Origin: a virus
Lineage: Duplodnaviria; Caudoviricetes
IMG/VR virus record: IMGVR_UViG_3300036762_000065
Span: 128,001-192,000 of that record
DNA: 64,000 nucleotides
Strand: one strand, 5' to 3'
Shown here: positions 21,153-31,992 of the stretch, piece by piece
How the letters are laid out: each line of letters opens with the position of its first letter
Numbering within the stretch: the stretch's first letter is position 1
Position numbers and translations under genes: made by a program
The notes under the pieces: model-generated
Seen by the model: only the letters and a program-made list of their open reading frames with translations
The model's database searches: none
Told to the model about the DNA's origin: nothing

Positions 21153-21404
21153 TTATTTCTCCATACAATCTTCAACAACTGTACGTAATTTTTCTTTGTA
21201 GCTCTTACCGGAAGAGCCTACAACGCGAATGCTACCATTCTCACTGATAGTGGCTATTTTAGTATTACCGGAAAAAACGATTGTTTTATTTGAAAATCCG
21301 CTACTATTATCTACAACGCCTTTTAAACCTATTGATTTTAATTTACGTTGCAGTGAAGATAGATCAACTTTTTTACTTTTTGCTATAGATATTTGTATTT
21401 TCAT
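21153..21404 (-). CDS. Small basic protein with tag MKIQISIA
   Basis: Shared N-terminal tag; AGGA RBS. Confidence 0.7.
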   Translation of the reverse strand: MKIQISIAKSKKVDLSSLQRKLKSIGLKGVVDNSSGFSNKTIVFSGNTKIATISENGSIRVVGSSGKSYKEKLRTVVEDCMEK

Positions 21405-21413
21405 AAGTTATTC

Positions 21414-22166
21414 CTAGATAGGTATGCCCCAAACAACTGATAATAAATCCGGTTCGTTAGCTGATACAACAACATAAGTGTTCAACGCAACACCGTCAGT
21501 GCCTGCAGCCCCTGCTTCTGCACTGCTACACTTATCTCCTCTGAAGCCTCTAGAGCCTTCGAAGCCGTGTACTCCTGCAGGTCCTTGAGGTCCTTGAGCA
21601 CCTTGCGTTCCTTCACACCCTTCAGGTCCTTCATCTCCAGGGTCTCCGTCTGCACCATCGTTACCGGCAGCTCCGGGCGCGCCTTGAGGCCCGACAGGAC
21701 CGGGACAACCGGTAACACCTAGTTTACCGTTGCGTCCGTTATTACCGTCGTCTGCATCTTTGCCTCTATTGCCTTTAGGACCTGTAGGGCCGACCCCGAA
21801 GTCTTTTTGCGTATAAAACCCGGAAACAGTAACAAGTTTTTTATTGGCTTTCACTACGAATAAAGTACCGGTCTCTTTGTCGAAGTTTATTTCTTTGATG
21901 CGGCCTTCATTAGTAACAGTTCTGTTCCTATACGTTATTTCAGACGTACCATCTTTCCTACCGACTTGTAGAGTATCATACCCGAAGCTATCAAACATGG
22001 CATAATCAAGATTTTCTATTTCTTGACCTTCATTTTCAAGCCTAACGTTTGCAGAATTTTGCTCAGGCGTGTTTGTAAGTATGGTTTGACCTATAGGTAC
22101 TTTAGTCAAATCACCTTCCGAAGCACGTTTATACAACTCTGATTTAGAAACACCTTTAATCGTCAT
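21414..22166 (-). CDS. Collagen-like fibre protein
   Basis: Gly-X-Y run with GC.G motifs. Confidence 0.85.
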   Translation of the reverse strand: MTIKGVSKSELYKRASEGDLTKVPIGQTILTNTPEQNSANVRLENEGQEIENLDYAMFDSFGYDTLQVGRKDGTSEITYRNRTVTNEGRIKEINFDKETGTLFVVKANKKLVTVSGFYTQKDFGVGPTGPKGNRGKDADDGNNGRNGKLGVTGCPGPVGPQGAPGAAGNDGADGDPGDEGPEGCEGTQGAQGPQGPAGVHGFEGSRGFRGDKCSSAEAGAAGTDGVALNTYVVVSANEPDLLSVVWGIPI

Positions 22167-22722
22167 TTAACGTCCTCACAGCCGTATAGAAATAACTGTA
22201 CACTTCTTCAATATCAAGTATAGAACTACAATCTTCCAACTTGTTCAACACATCCCGCTCAAGTCTAAGTAAAAAACTCGTTGCCTTTGCCATACGTAAT
22301 TTTAATTTCTGTATAGACAACTGATGCAAACAAACAGGGTCACCTTGAACATCGGGTATATAGTAAGAGCACTCATCGGCATTTGCATACAGGCACACCA
22401 AAGATATTGTGTCTGTATTGAGCTTAAAACTTCTGTTATTGAACAAAAGCCCAGTAGCCTTAACATAAGCTAGTTTTCGTAGTATAGAAAGCTTATAGGT
22501 TCTTCTTATAGTCTCTACATTGTCTATAGTTACTATATCACCATTAACGTATCTATACTTCTTACCATCCCCTAGATTAGCATTAAGTACATTGTAAGCA
22601 TCTTCAGTTAATACCTTGCAGCCTTCAGGTAACTGCATATGCTCTAAATTAGAAACCTCCTGCAGTTCAATAGTTTTTATAAAATCATTGTCGTCTATTG
22701 TTGCAAAATAAACTATGTACAT
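22156..22722 (-). CDS. Putative tail fibre assembly chaperone
   Basis: Size, position and architecture similar to 13739..14251. Confidence 0.5.
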   Translation of the reverse strand: MYIVYFATIDDNDFIKTIELQEVSNLEHMQLPEGCKVLTEDAYNVLNANLGDGKKYRYVNGDIVTIDNVETIRRTYKLSILRKLAYVKATGLLFNNRSFKLNTDTISLVCLYANADECSYYIPDVQGDPVCLHQLSIQKLKLRMAKATSFLLRLERDVLNKLEDCSSILDIEEVYSYFYTAVRTLNDD

Positions 22723-22729
22723 GACTCAC

Positions 22730-25700
22730 CTATGCAATGTTTATTTTAGGAGTGCCTATTACGTTAAAGTTTACCATAAGCAAACTTTCATACTTTGATG
22801 TTTCGGCTTCTTTAATACGCATCTTGGCAATTATGTCAATATACCCTGCAGGTATGTTATTCTTTATTACTTCAAACACTTGCGTAAGACTTGCATTAGC
22901 GTATGCTTTTTGATCATTACCGTTACTAGGTAACGCAGAGAATCCTGCTGTGCCTGTGCCTTTTATCTGACGGCCGTACTCAGGTTCTCGCATACTTGTT
23001 GTTCTAAAACCTATAACATATTCCATACGTTCGAGTCCTGCAGGACTGACAAACCCTGGGCCTAGTTCAGCACTGAAATCCGCTATAACAGTAAGCAATA
23101 CGTCATCTGTTAAATTAAGTCTCCAACTGTAGATTATTTCATTAGAGTTGGACTCTTTTTGCAGTGTACTCATTTTAAAGTTTGTACTTGACGTAAACGC
23201 CTCTGCAATAGTGCTTTCAAACGTATAAACGGGATGTATGCCTGTTATCTTAATCCCTCTTCCGCTCTTGAACTCTACAGCAGGTATAGGCAAAGAGATT
23301 TGCTTTGCGTCATGGCGTATGAGCTTGAGGCTCTTTGAAGTAAGTATAGCATCGACAACAACACCGGTAAGGTTTGTACGTGAACTTCCTTGTGCCTTGA
23401 CGTTGTTGAATATAAGTACTTCAACTTCTCTGCCTGCAGGTATTGGACTACTTAATACTAGATTGTTATCGACAACTGTATATAGATCACGATGTATATG
23501 GCTACCTGACACCGACAAGAAAGTCATATCTTTTGTTTGTGGGTGTATAGGCAGTTCTACAAACAACGTTTGCCCTACAGTAATAAGCTGTTGTGTAATC
23601 ATCTCTGTACTGTAGCCGTCTTCTTGCCTGCGGACCATTAACGTGATTTCAATACTATTTCCAGGAGAAGGCGGTTGAGTGAATACTATTTGTTGTGTAG
23701 CCGCATCGTAAGTATAACTCACAGTTCCTTGCAGTACGCTTTGTATGTGTACGAAACAATACTCAGCACCGTCTATAGGGAAGGTCAATGTAAATCTTGT
23801 TTCTTGTCCGTCACCTACAAATTTATTGGTAACAAAATCTATGTAAGTACCGTTACCTGGGTCCTTAGTATACATACGTAAATCAATGCTTACGTTGCTA
23901 GGTATTGGCTCAGCGAATTCTATTTCACTCCCTTCAATATCAAACGCTGTCTTATGTTGGAATATACCACCAAGAGCAGCAACCATATAGTTATTGTCTT
24001 TAAGTACAATGCCGCCTAAGTTATAACGCCGTGTGACTCCATCACCTACTAAAGATAAGTTTGTAACTCTCAATCTTCCGGGAGCTTGATACAATGTACT
24101 TACTATTTCACTGCCTCCCCTAGGAGGTGCCCATACAGGAAAATCTCCAGCACCTCGAATAAGTGTCCAGTCATCTGGAATATTAATTCTACTAGGTAGA
24201 GAATCGTCACAACAATTACCTCCGGCGCCTGAACCTGAGGTCCCAGGAATTACAGTTGTTTGAGGCATGTTTACTGTTATGCCAGGATTAGTGAAAGCAA
24301 CGTTGAATACTTTATTACCTATTCCGGCATTTGTAGTTCTGTATAGTAACCACGTACTAGGATTATCTCCTATGTTACGAGTTAACGTTATCGGACTAGA
24401 CGCTCCTGTCCAGTCATTTGTACTGTTATCAGAAGTGTCTGTAAATACAGCAGCACCTAATGCGCTAGGGTATACAAAATAACCATACAGAGTTCCACCT
24501 GTTCCAGAACCTCCTGTAGTTACGCTAGGGGTCGCACCTGCAAATTCAAACGTGTAGTCTATTATCTTTTGACCCACATCCGGGAAATCCATTCTATAGA
24601 CGCGCCAGTTTGTAACAACACCGCCTACAGTACGAGTGAACAGTACAGGACCTGTTTCAAACGAGAAGCTACCATCATCGGGCCATTTAGCTCCGTCCCA
24701 TCCTCCACTGAATGAAGTAGCTGTATCGGTAAATACAACATCTCCAAGCTCTTCTGGTGCTATGAAGTAACCATAGTTACCTCCAGAAGAACCTGTATCA
24801 ATAGTAAACTGACCGTTATTTGTGTTAGGTAGTTCTGTACCACCAACTGCTATTAAATTTCCTATCTCCGCTTCTGTGTCTGCGCCGATTTGACCAACTG
24901 CAAATATAGGACGTAATTGTATAGTAGTACCTCCACCACCCGTATCGTTATCTACTACGTTTATAGTAAAGTTCTGATTGCTTGTGTTAGACAGTTCGGT
25001 AGCAGAAGTTAAAAGGTTTTCCAACTCTTGCGTAGTGTCTATACCTGCAACACTTGTAGCGAACATAGGAAGTGCAGGTATCTGGTTTACTACAGTCTGA
25101 TCTTCTGTACTGCCCGAGCATCCGCATCCACAACAACCGCCCTCAATACGTTTCCATATAGATATAGTGCTCGAAGAATCTAGTATAGAAAAAGGATACG
25201 CATCGGCTTCCATGAAGTTATCGTTCAACTGACTGTAAGAGAATCGTCTTGTTTCTCCTGCACCAGGGCCTGACACAATGTTAACAATGACAATCTCACC
25301 GTTTGCAAACCTATTATCGGCACTTATAGTTGCTCGCTTGAAACTGTTTATAGAAGGTCCTGAATCAGGCACACCTATGTATGCACGTTCATGTGAACTA
25401 AATGCCCATTGGAAATTGCCTTGACCGAATCGAAGTGCAAACGCAGGAGAAGTCGTACCGTCTATGTTTGTTAGTGCGTCTAATACACTAATAACGTTGT
25501 GGGTACTAAGTACAGGTGATGGTAGTTGTCGTATAAATGGAGTTACTGGTATACTACTGTAGCTGCCGATAGTAACGTCTATTGTTGATAAATCACACTC
25601 ATTGGTAGTTATTATGGCTACAATTTCAGTACCGCTTTGGTAATGTAGAGTGTATGCTTCTGTGAAAACACACCGCGCAAACATGACATTGTTTTCAAAG

Positions 25701-25984
25701 AATATCGCGCCTTCCTTTATATCAATTCCGCCGGCAGGTGGAACATAATCAGGTATAAAGAAAGTAAAACGAGTGCTGAATTCATCCAACACTTCTACAA
25801 AATAAATATCACCTTCAAAAACAGTATTACCTTGAATATCGGTATGGTCATCGCTGTGAGGAAAATCACTGTCACCGACTTTAAACTTAACCGGGCGAAC
25901 AAGCAAGCCTCCGGCACTTGCATTGTTGACAGCTTGTCTGCCTAGTGTAGTTAGTTTTAATCTATTGTCCATTTTATTATCCAT
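22730..25984 (-). CDS. Baseplate-attached tail fibre / wedge protein
   Basis: LT..GR.A....FKVGD fibre-attachment N-terminus; GDG....F.L repeats; GGWDGA domains. Confidence 0.75.
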   Translation of the reverse strand: MDNKMDNRLKLTTLGRQAVNNASAGGLLVRPVKFKVGDSDFPHSDDHTDIQGNTVFEGDIYFVEVLDEFSTRFTFFIPDYVPPAGGIDIKEGAIFFENNVMFARCVFTEAYTLHYQSGTEIVAIITTNECDLSTIDVTIGSYSSIPVTPFIRQLPSPVLSTHNVISVLDALTNIDGTTSPAFALRFGQGNFQWAFSSHERAYIGVPDSGPSINSFKRATISADNRFANGEIVIVNIVSGPGAGETRRFSYSQLNDNFMEADAYPFSILDSSSTISIWKRIEGGCCGCGCSGSTEDQTVVNQIPALPMFATSVAGIDTTQELENLLTSATELSNTSNQNFTINVVDNDTGGGGTTIQLRPIFAVGQIGADTEAEIGNLIAVGGTELPNTNNGQFTIDTGSSGGNYGYFIAPEELGDVVFTDTATSFSGGWDGAKWPDDGSFSFETGPVLFTRTVGGVVTNWRVYRMDFPDVGQKIIDYTFEFAGATPSVTTGGSGTGGTLYGYFVYPSALGAAVFTDTSDNSTNDWTGASSPITLTRNIGDNPSTWLLYRTTNAGIGNKVFNVAFTNPGITVNMPQTTVIPGTSGSGAGGNCCDDSLPSRINIPDDWTLIRGAGDFPVWAPPRGGSEIVSTLYQAPGRLRVTNLSLVGDGVTRRYNLGGIVLKDNNYMVAALGGIFQHKTAFDIEGSEIEFAEPIPSNVSIDLRMYTKDPGNGTYIDFVTNKFVGDGQETRFTLTFPIDGAEYCFVHIQSVLQGTVSYTYDAATQQIVFTQPPSPGNSIEITLMVRRQEDGYSTEMITQQLITVGQTLFVELPIHPQTKDMTFLSVSGSHIHRDLYTVVDNNLVLSSPIPAGREVEVLIFNNVKAQGSSRTNLTGVVVDAILTSKSLKLIRHDAKQISLPIPAVEFKSGRGIKITGIHPVYTFESTIAEAFTSSTNFKMSTLQKESNSNEIIYSWRLNLTDDVLLTVIADFSAELGPGFVSPAGLERMEYVIGFRTTSMREPEYGRQIKGTGTAGFSALPSNGNDQKAYANASLTQVFEVIKNNIPAGYIDIIAKMRIKEAETSKYESLLMVNFNVIGTPKINIA

Positions 25985-26007
25985 TTATCGTGTGGGATAT
26001 TGTACTG

Positions 26008-26217
26008 TTAATTAGACATAGGGCTGGATACGCGACATTTAGTGCAGTACCACACTGTTTCTACATTTGCAGCAAGACCTGTCCCCATCTGCATACTACA
26101 TTTAGGGCAAGTCCCTTCTTTAGAGTTATCCATAGCTCCGCTTGTGGACTCTGTTCTGCCAGAAGCCTCAGCCAGAGGGTCAAATAACTCACGTCCGCTT
26201 TTTGTTAGTTTGCTCAT
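26008..26217 (-). CDS. Small zinc-ribbon protein
   Basis: CPKC...YCTKCRV; AGGAG RBS. Confidence 0.7.
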   Translation of the reverse strand: MSKLTKSGRELFDPLAEASGRTESTSGAMDNSKEGTCPKCSMQMGTGLAANVETVWYCTKCRVSSPMSN

Positions 26218-26244
26218 AGTGTATCTCCTTTAAATTAAATTACT

Positions 26245-26778
26245 TTAATCTTTGATAATATTTGAAGGCAATTTGCAATACATCTTTATAGAAATAGGTT
26301 TTTTCGAAAGTTCTAAATTCACGCTTTCTATAAGGCGTTTTGTAGCAACACTTAAAGTTCCTTCTACCGTGTCTAGTGTTATGTGCGGTGTAAAAGAATC
26401 GTAGGAGTGCTTGGCTCCAGCATCTATAATACGCTTGTGCATATCTTGTATGTTACCGTTTTCAAGACCTGCAACCACATACGTTCGCTTATCGTGACCA
26501 ATCCAGTGTTTTATACTAACGATATCACAGACAACAACTTCCATTGTACGGTATAGTTCTTCGGCACGTACAACATCAACAACTTCTTTAGGGCTATATA
26601 TTAATGTGCAGTGTAGCTTTGATGTGTTGACCTTTATACCAAGACTGTCGCACAATTTCACTATGTTGTTAATACTCGCATCATCTGGTGCAGAATGCAT
26701 ATACAGCCCGCTTTCTGCATTATACTTTTCGTGATACAGCTCTGGACCTTTAGCAATAGCAATTTGTATAGGTATCAT
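26245..26778 (-). CDS. 2H phosphoesterase, T4 gp57B/Acb1-like, with tag MIPIQIAIA
   Basis: Two HxT motifs (LHCTLIYS; HSYDSFTPHITL) at typical spacing. Confidence 0.8.
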   Translation of the reverse strand: MIPIQIAIAKGPELYHEKYNAESGLYMHSAPDDASINNIVKLCDSLGIKVNTSKLHCTLIYSPKEVVDVVRAEELYRTMEVVVCDIVSIKHWIGHDKRTYVVAGLENGNIQDMHKRIIDAGAKHSYDSFTPHITLDTVEGTLSVATKRLIESVNLELSKKPISIKMYCKLPSNIIKD

Positions 26779-26787
26779 TGTAGTTCC

Positions 26788-29700
26788 TTATATGAATGTT
26801 ATTAAATATGAAGACATGCCTAAAGCAGCGAAATCTGTACGATACAGATACCATACAGTCTCAAATCCGTTTATAGTTCTACTGATAGACAGAGGACCTA
26901 AATTCTGTCCTATTGTACCGTCGTTTGGCCATGTTGCTCCATCCCAACCTCCTATAAAGCCAGGGGCATTGTTATCTGAGAATACAGCAACGCCTAAATC
27001 TGCAGGATGTGCAAAGTATCCGTACTGACCGTTCACTATATTTAATGATATAGACTGTCCACTTGCATTTGTAGGTAACTGAGATGTTAAGAATGCACTT
27101 ACACTAGCACTGTCACTAACTCCTATAGGACCTGTTCCAAATACAGGAACCAGCTTAGTTACATTGATAGTGAGTTGTCCGCTTACTGTATCAAAGCCTT
27201 CTGAATACGTTGCTGTTATAGTAAACGTAGTGTTGTCTGGTACGTTATTATCAATATACAGACGACCGCCTGCATCTAAAGCAATGCCGCTAACTGGAGC
27301 TCCTCCTAGTATACTCCACTCAACAGAACTCGAAGGCAAAGTCTCTCCGCTTCCAGGAATCTGAGGAACGCCTTGTCTTATGAGTTCAGCAAAATAAGAA
27401 TGTTCTGTACTTGTCATAACACTGGCAGGGCCCGATATAAGTATATTGGACAACGGGCTTTGGGTTGCAATTAACGTAACAAGAAACGTATCTGTAACTT
27501 CAAAGTTACCGCATGAGTAAACGGCACTTATTGTAACAGGAACTCCTGCGCCATTAACTGAATGTAAATAGCCATCATCATCAATAAGTGCAACCTCAGG
27601 ACTTACGTCAAGTGACCATGAACTAGATACGAGTGTTTCACCGCACCCGTTTTCAAATTCTATTGCCTGTGCGTAGCTTCCAACGTCTGTTGTTTTTACT
27701 ACAGGAGGCCCTATTATCCTGCTCGTCAGTGGCGTATCTGTATTACTAAGTGCTCTGTTTTTAACAACAACAACATGCTCTGCTACTTCTTTAAAATAGT
27801 GGGCTAACACAACGACTTTAGTATCTTTGGCGACAACACGCCCTTGTACAACACCGGGAGATATAACGTCTGCCATAGTTTCTGTTTCGTTTATAGCATC
27901 AATAGGCTGTACTGTCCATTTTGGGTTAACTACTTCCAAACTACCATCCTCATAAACTGCGGTTGCGGTTAAGAATATTCTACCAAGCTCATCGACTTCA
28001 TTAGGCCCAGATATCAACAACGCTGTTATTATAGAAGTCTTTGGAACAAGAACAACAGGCTTAGTCTGTATATACCTCTCTATGCCTATAATGTATGTTG
28101 CTTTAACTTCGATCAAGGCAGGTACGCTAATACCTGTAAACACTAACTTACCATCAGTGTCTATGCTTATGTTATTTATATTACCTACAATGCTCCATAC
28201 AGGAGTTATTTCTATATCCGTGTTGTTACTGTAGTGGGCGTATGCTGTGTATTGTGCAACTATGTCTTCTGTTACGTTGTTCGGTCCTATTATATTTAAG
28301 TTCTGCAACAGTACAGGAGTGTCAACAACTACAACAATAAATGTAGCAACTTTACCGTCGGCCCTTGCGGTTATCGTAACATCGAGAGGACTATCTACTG
28401 AACCTGCATCAAATACACCACTACTACTTATGTTGAATTTATTTGTTGCCCATTCTGCCTCGACCGATGTTACAGTTCCGTCAGTCCATGTTGCGATTGC
28501 AGAGAATTGAGAGCGCGATAACTCAACTACGGTCGTTGCACCTAGAATACGTAAGGATTCAATATTTGTTTCTTCTTTTATCACTTTGATTACTTTACGT
28601 GCAACTGCCTTGATTCCTCTATACTGGAAAGTAGCATCGACAGACACATGCAACTCACCTTCTGTATATCCGGCAGTAGCTAGTCCGTTTGTAGCGACAT
28701 ACAGAGAAGGGCTGCTAGACTTCCAAATAGGCTGCACTACCTTAGTGCTGTTATCAGAAAACGTTGCTACTGCGGTTAGTGTTCTCTCATCCCCTTCATA
28801 CAATTCATCATCCGGCAAGAACGCTTCTAATACAGCCTGGGCTCCTGCAGAACTTGGAGCAACTTGACTAATAGTAGCTTCCAAAGAAACAAGGTATACG
28901 TTAGGGTCTATGTATTTTAAGCTCACTTTCTTACTACTTATAACACGGGCCCCTGATCGTGAAACGTATTCGGCAGATAAGAAAATATCAACACTCTCTG
29001 ATATATCGAATACCGACAATTGATTATTGGCGTCCATTACAGCATACGGAGAAACGAGTTTTACTAAACACTCTATTTCTCCTCGTTGTCCGTCTTTAAA
29101 TACTCCAACAGGAGTGTACTGAGCCACGTTGCCACGTAATACTGTATCAGGACCGACAATATCAATAGCAACAATATCGTCATTGTATGCCTCTATAATT
29201 ATTTCCTTACGTGCGACAAGTCCTTTATAATAGGCTGTAATGACAACGGTTGTATCTTTAGACACAAGACCAAACGATGTTTTACCGTTAGATGAAAAAC
29301 CTACTAATGATGTTTTATTAGCTCGCATATCAACAGAGTATATAGGTACGTAGTTATGCTGTGCGATAGTTCCGTTAGTTACCGCTCCCTCGTTTGGAAA
29401 TTCAACTTCAAATGTATTTTGCTGGGTGCTAGGGAAATCAGTTCTATGCAAATACCACTGACTTGTAACATTGTCAACAGTTCTTGTTATAAGAAGAGGG
29501 CCGGTATCTTGTCCTACTGTGCCGTCGTTAGGCCATGTAGCTCCATCCCAACCTCCTGTAATGTTTTCAAACCCACTAGAGATTCCTGTAAATACAGCAA
29601 CGCCTAACGCAGCAGGGTATACAAAATAACCATACTGACCTACGTCTATATCTATTGTGAATTGTTGAGGGCTGGAATCATCATTTAAATAAATTAAGTT

Positions 29701-30519
29701 GCTGGAAGATATTTCAATGTCTGTATCAATACCTATAGTGTTTGTAAAGAAAGCAGGGAGCCCTACAGCAGGTAATTCATAGTCACAGACAGAGTACCCT
29801 ACTCTAATCATATGATCTGTAGCTTCGCGCACTCTGCTTGGTGCTTCAATAACAAGATTTCTATTACAGACTCCGTTACCAAACGTGTAAAACCGGTCCG
29901 GACGTACAAACATAGTGCCTGTTATGTCAAGGCTGCCTTTCATCTGAATTAGGAAACGAAAATTATGTATAACTAAGTTTATCGGTGCAAATTCATAGAA
30001 AGCATCTATAAGTCTATCTTTAATTGTTTGGTTCTCTGCAACGATAAGATTCTTATCTGTGCTGATCATCTCCATTGCAAGACCGATATGTGTAGCCTTA
30101 TACCAATCTCCTCCGTCTATGTTTAGAGGGCCGTATGGTTGTCTATAGAAATCCACGTAATCCTTAGTGTATAGATCATGTACGATTGTTTCTCTACCTA
30201 GAACAAAACTTATTGCTTTTGTGAATTCTGTAGTTCCGCTAGTTTCGTGAAAAAGAGGAAGCATATAAATTGCTCGTGCCAATCTATCCACGTTGTGTTG
30301 TATTATATCAATAGGTATATCAAATCCCATCTGCCTAATAGAATTAGCTACTATTACAGGGTCCGAAGTCTCTATTATATCACGAATAGTCTCAAGTTCT
30401 TTTATAGGACTTCTTATCTGCTCCTCGACCGTTTCCGAAAGAGCCTCAAAAAACTCAAGCCATGTAAGTTCCTCTGAGAATATTTCAGGTTGAAGACCTT
30501 CATAAGTAATAGATGACAC
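26788..30519 (-). CDS. Baseplate wedge protein with tandem Ig-like repeats
   Basis: Follows the gp6/J-like gene; repeated I.GP..V....A.A.Y.DG....V...W units; two GGWDGA domains. Confidence 0.75.
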   Translation of the reverse strand: MSSITYEGLQPEIFSEELTWLEFFEALSETVEEQIRSPIKELETIRDIIETSDPVIVANSIRQMGFDIPIDIIQHNVDRLARAIYMLPLFHETSGTTEFTKAISFVLGRETIVHDLYTKDYVDFYRQPYGPLNIDGGDWYKATHIGLAMEMISTDKNLIVAENQTIKDRLIDAFYEFAPINLVIHNFRFLIQMKGSLDITGTMFVRPDRFYTFGNGVCNRNLVIEAPSRVREATDHMIRVGYSVCDYELPAVGLPAFFTNTIGIDTDIEISSSNLIYLNDDSSPQQFTIDIDVGQYGYFVYPAALGVAVFTGISSGFENITGGWDGATWPNDGTVGQDTGPLLITRTVDNVTSQWYLHRTDFPSTQQNTFEVEFPNEGAVTNGTIAQHNYVPIYSVDMRANKTSLVGFSSNGKTSFGLVSKDTTVVITAYYKGLVARKEIIIEAYNDDIVAIDIVGPDTVLRGNVAQYTPVGVFKDGQRGEIECLVKLVSPYAVMDANNQLSVFDISESVDIFLSAEYVSRSGARVISSKKVSLKYIDPNVYLVSLEATISQVAPSSAGAQAVLEAFLPDDELYEGDERTLTAVATFSDNSTKVVQPIWKSSSPSLYVATNGLATAGYTEGELHVSVDATFQYRGIKAVARKVIKVIKEETNIESLRILGATTVVELSRSQFSAIATWTDGTVTSVEAEWATNKFNISSSGVFDAGSVDSPLDVTITARADGKVATFIVVVVDTPVLLQNLNIIGPNNVTEDIVAQYTAYAHYSNNTDIEITPVWSIVGNINNISIDTDGKLVFTGISVPALIEVKATYIIGIERYIQTKPVVLVPKTSIITALLISGPNEVDELGRIFLTATAVYEDGSLEVVNPKWTVQPIDAINETETMADVISPGVVQGRVVAKDTKVVVLAHYFKEVAEHVVVVKNRALSNTDTPLTSRIIGPPVVKTTDVGSYAQAIEFENGCGETLVSSSWSLDVSPEVALIDDDGYLHSVNGAGVPVTISAVYSCGNFEVTDTFLVTLIATQSPLSNILISGPASVMTSTEHSYFAELIRQGVPQIPGSGETLPSSSVEWSILGGAPVSGIALDAGGRLYIDNNVPDNTTFTITATYSEGFDTVSGQLTINVTKLVPVFGTGPIGVSDSASVSAFLTSQLPTNASGQSISLNIVNGQYGYFAHPADLGVAVFSDNNAPGFIGGWDGATWPNDGTIGQNLGPLSISRTINGFETVWYLYRTDFAALGMSSYLITFI

Positions 30520-31989
30520 TTAAAATGCTCCTTGATTGTCGAGTGTTCTTTCTGAATACACTACATCTATCGTAGGGGTACCGTCAAGCACTACATAACT
30601 AAGTTTATTCTCTGGCTTTATTTCTTCTATAGGACTAAGTAATTCTACGTAATCTACACCATTTACTTTCTTTGCAGCTTCCGATAAATCCGATAAACTC
30701 AAACGTCTGCCTAGAATACCTGGCTTTTTCTGGAACAATTTTAATACGTTTTCAATTATAAGTATACGAATTTCGCTAACGTCAAAGCTCGGACGTATTG
30801 CCACTTTTATTCTAACACGTACATAAATTTTAGTAGGATTCCATGTCTGTATAACAAGTGCTCGGTGCATACGAGGATATAACCAGTCAAGAACTGCCTG
30901 CCATTGTGCTGTACGTGGATTAGGATTAGCTCCTCCAAACGTATCTGTATTTTCTGGAAGTAAGCAGAGGCGTATTACATTCATCCAGCTATTATCGTTT
31001 GGTGCAATATCTTTTTGTCCTAGCACCACAACATCCGCAACACCGGGATAATCCATTAAACTAGCTCTATAGTCTTTTGGACTTATAACTTTTTTCTTTG
31101 TACGGAACATGTTCGGTGCAAACAACTTATAGTATAAACTACTCTTCTGATTAGAGCCACCTAGAATTGAACTCGTTGTTGTGCCTGCAATATCAGGATA
31201 CTGTTCGACAAATGCAGCTACGCCAGGAGCTCCTACATTTTCATCCGCACCTTTGGTGATAACATATCTTATTTTCAACACATTACCGAACTGCAAAGAA
31301 GCTCCGTAAGTCCCGTCACCGAAGAAGATACTAACGTCACCTGTAGAAGTTGTAGACTCGTAATAAACTCTATCTGAGGCAGTGTGTTCAAATATGGCGT
31401 TTTCTGTAGGACTCCACTCATCAACAACCAACGAGGTTTTGTTCTCTGTATAAACGAATATGTCTTCTGTGCTTACTGTAAAGCCGGGTTCTTCTAAGAA
31501 GAATTCCTTAAGTGCCAACGAAGCGTAGTTGTCTAAATCAAATTCCTTTACTGCCACAGTACCTTCATATACATTTACATTTTCTATAGTCTCGTCTGGA
31601 ACAATAACTAATTGATTTCTGTTGAAAAACTTACGAGAGCCTACTTGAAAAGCAGAGTAAGGAGGGATGAATTTAGTTTCTGTGTAGTTGTTTGTTATAC
31701 TGAGTGTCGCAGCAGCAGGTGTCTTCCTGCTTATTTTAATTCCTAGCCATCTAGTTCCACTAAATATACTACTGTCTCTAACGGCAGTAGGTAAAAAAGC
31801 TTCCCGTAAACTCATTTCTGTGTAAAATTGGTTTACTACGCTAGTACCAGCAAACATATCTAGTACAGTAGTGCCTACGGAGGTAGGAAGCAGATCAATC
31901 CATGTTCCTTTTTCCTGTAGCTTTATACGCAACGCATCGTATAGGTGTTGATAATCTGGTTTTACATGACTTATAGGTAGTGTGGCCAT
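30520..31989 (-). CDS. Baseplate wedge subunit (T4 gp6 / P2 gpJ-like)
   Basis: EAFL.TA...SS, FGDG.YG, Y..T.G, V...DY motifs; next to the gp25-like gene. Confidence 0.85.
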   Translation of the reverse strand: MATLPISHVKPDYQHLYDALRIKLQEKGTWIDLLPTSVGTTVLDMFAGTSVVNQFYTEMSLREAFLPTAVRDSSIFSGTRWLGIKISRKTPAAATLSITNNYTETKFIPPYSAFQVGSRKFFNRNQLVIVPDETIENVNVYEGTVAVKEFDLDNYASLALKEFFLEEPGFTVSTEDIFVYTENKTSLVVDEWSPTENAIFEHTASDRVYYESTTSTGDVSIFFGDGTYGASLQFGNVLKIRYVITKGADENVGAPGVAAFVEQYPDIAGTTTSSILGGSNQKSSLYYKLFAPNMFRTKKKVISPKDYRASLMDYPGVADVVVLGQKDIAPNDNSWMNVIRLCLLPENTDTFGGANPNPRTAQWQAVLDWLYPRMHRALVIQTWNPTKIYVRVRIKVAIRPSFDVSEIRILIIENVLKLFQKKPGILGRRLSLSDLSEAAKKVNGVDYVELLSPIEEIKPENKLSYVVLDGTPTIDVVYSERTLDNQGAF

Positions 31990-31992
31990 CGT

